Positions 62,812-64,000 of a stretch of DNA of 64,000 nucleotides are shown one piece after another. How positions within the stretch are numbered: the first letter of the stretch is position 1; each line of letters starts with the position of its first letter. The notes beneath the pieces are model-generated. The model was not told the DNA's origin and made no database searches. It saw only the letters and a program-made list of their open reading frames with translations. The position numbers and the translations under genes were made by a program. Origin of the DNA: Hyphochytrium catenoides (lineage: Eukaryota > Protista > Hyphochytriomycota); the NCBI GenBank assembly GCA_900088475.1, contig FLMG01000941.1, forward strand, positions 397,741 to 461,740. Reading direction: 5' to 3'.

Positions 62812-63487
62812 TAACTCGGGCAATACATATCCAACAATAGCTAGAGAGTTAGCCCTCGATGGAACACCATGATGTCGGTGAGCTTGTTGAACGACCACCA
62901 GACGCCAATGTGATCGGGTGCAAATGGGTTTTCCCCTCCAAGTATAACAGCGATGGCAGTCTCGACCGCTCTAAAGCTCGTCTGGTAGCCAAGGATACAA
63001 CCAGAAGTTTGGAGTTTATTCCAGTGAAGTTTTTTCACCTGTCGTCAGTTATGAGGCAGTGCGATGTCTTCTGTCATTGGCAGCCACATATGATCTCGGG
63101 ATCCACCACGTCGACATTAAAAAGCCTTTCTCCATGGCGATCTGGAAGAGACGATATAATATAAGCGTCAGCCTCCTGGCTTCGAGCAACCTGGAGCGAA
63201 AAAGAACATGGTCTGCAAGCTCAAGCGGAGTATTTATGGTCTCAAACAAAGTCCCAACCAATGGAATAAAGTCCTCGACGGATATTTGCATGATCATAAT
63301 TTAAACCCAGTCTCTGCGAGCCATGCGTCTATATTCGCAATTCCAACGACAATTCCAAACCAACCATCATCTCCGCCCGCCTTCGTTGATGACACCCTGA
63401 TACTTGCTCCAGACACCACCAAAGTCACTCAAGTCGAGCAGCTGCTCGCGAATTGATGAACTTTACAGAGCTGGGTGGCAATGCCTG

Positions 63488-63662
63488 TGTTGAGAGCAGA
63501 AGCTGACAAGAGCTCTAAAAGGCTCACAGTTCCAGACTCTATCTGACAAGAGGGAGAAGACACAAAACACAGGTGTACCCGTAACGTCTATGTCCCTGAG
63601 AGCTAGGTGTGTATACAGGGTGACTACTGTACTACTGACAACGAACATAGTAGCACTCAACA
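63488..63662 (+). mobile_element. short LTR related to family B
   Basis: TGTTGAGAGC...CACTCAACA termini; the 5' part is homologous to the LTRs at 59357 and 54614. Confidence 0.75.
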
Positions 63663-64000
63663 CTCCTCCTCATACCTAGCTTCTCTGGACATCAGTGGTG
63701 AGGGTCGAATTAACTCACCTAATTGTCGGTCTCCCTCACTCTCTCCCCCTCAGACGAAGCTAGGTGGGTAGTAGTGGCAAGAGTACTGACACTAGGAGGG
63801 AGCACTCCAAGGTGAGGACGCAGTGTTCGAAAGAGAGGAGCAGGTAAAGGCTTGGTGATGCAATCGGCTACCATAGCTGTAGAGGGAGTATAGACCAGCT
63901 TAATTTTCCCATTGGCGACCTTCTCTTGCAGGACACAGTACTTGACATCTAAAGTCTTTGACTTTGGTCGTGAAGAGGAGCAGAGGACAATTGCGCTTTG

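Larger units (their letters stand above)
62551..62836 (+). mobile_element. 286-bp LTR-type insertion (TGTTG...CAACA) with 5-bp TSD ATAGC and internal PPT - LTR - PBS
   Basis: ATAGC at 62546-62550 and 62837-62841; removing the insert restores host frame EEWNTAIARELA. PPT 62591-62604; inner TGTTG at 62605 to TCTAACA at 62792; PBS 62793-62811. Confidence 0.85.
61295..63456 (+). mobile_element. decayed copia pol fragments (RT-end/RNase H piece, then integrase and RT), interrupted by the 62551-62836 insertion
   Basis: HWEAVKRIFTYLKAT, ADADWASD; KIRSDRGREY, PYKMWEGKKPDLSHLRVFGCQAY; VIGCKWVF..K...DGSLDRSKARLVAK; VCKLKRSIYGLKQS; FVDDTLI. Confidence 0.88.

Overview
Eukaryotic nuclear DNA, probably a flagellated stramenopile (the calmodulin is of the HIMTNLGE...MMMSK type; DRC5, RWP-RK and CRT-like genes are present). 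Bases 1 to ~52,000 are gene-dense with short GT-AG introns and GA/CT microsatellites. Genes recognised: YHM2-like mitochondrial carrier, eIF3j, TrxB/GliT-like oxidoreductase, DRC5/TCTE1, Sen34, RWP-RK factor, kinesin-14, YciI, calmodulin, HAT1, TTC1, Cid1-like nucleotidyltransferase, site-2 protease, CRT-like transporter, Tim17-family protein and NECAP. From ~52 kb to the end the window is nested, decayed Ty1/copia fragments, one chromoviral Ty3/gypsy fragment and several LTRs. The most unusual feature is a 286-bp insertion (62551-62836) with a 5-bp target-site duplication, built as PPT - inner LTR - PBS. Its inner LTR carries a Pol III-type tRNA-like gene whose 3' end plus CCA is exactly complementary to the element's own PBS, suggesting a retroelement that encodes its own primer RNA. 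Spliced gene models were assembled by eye, so some boundaries are approximate.
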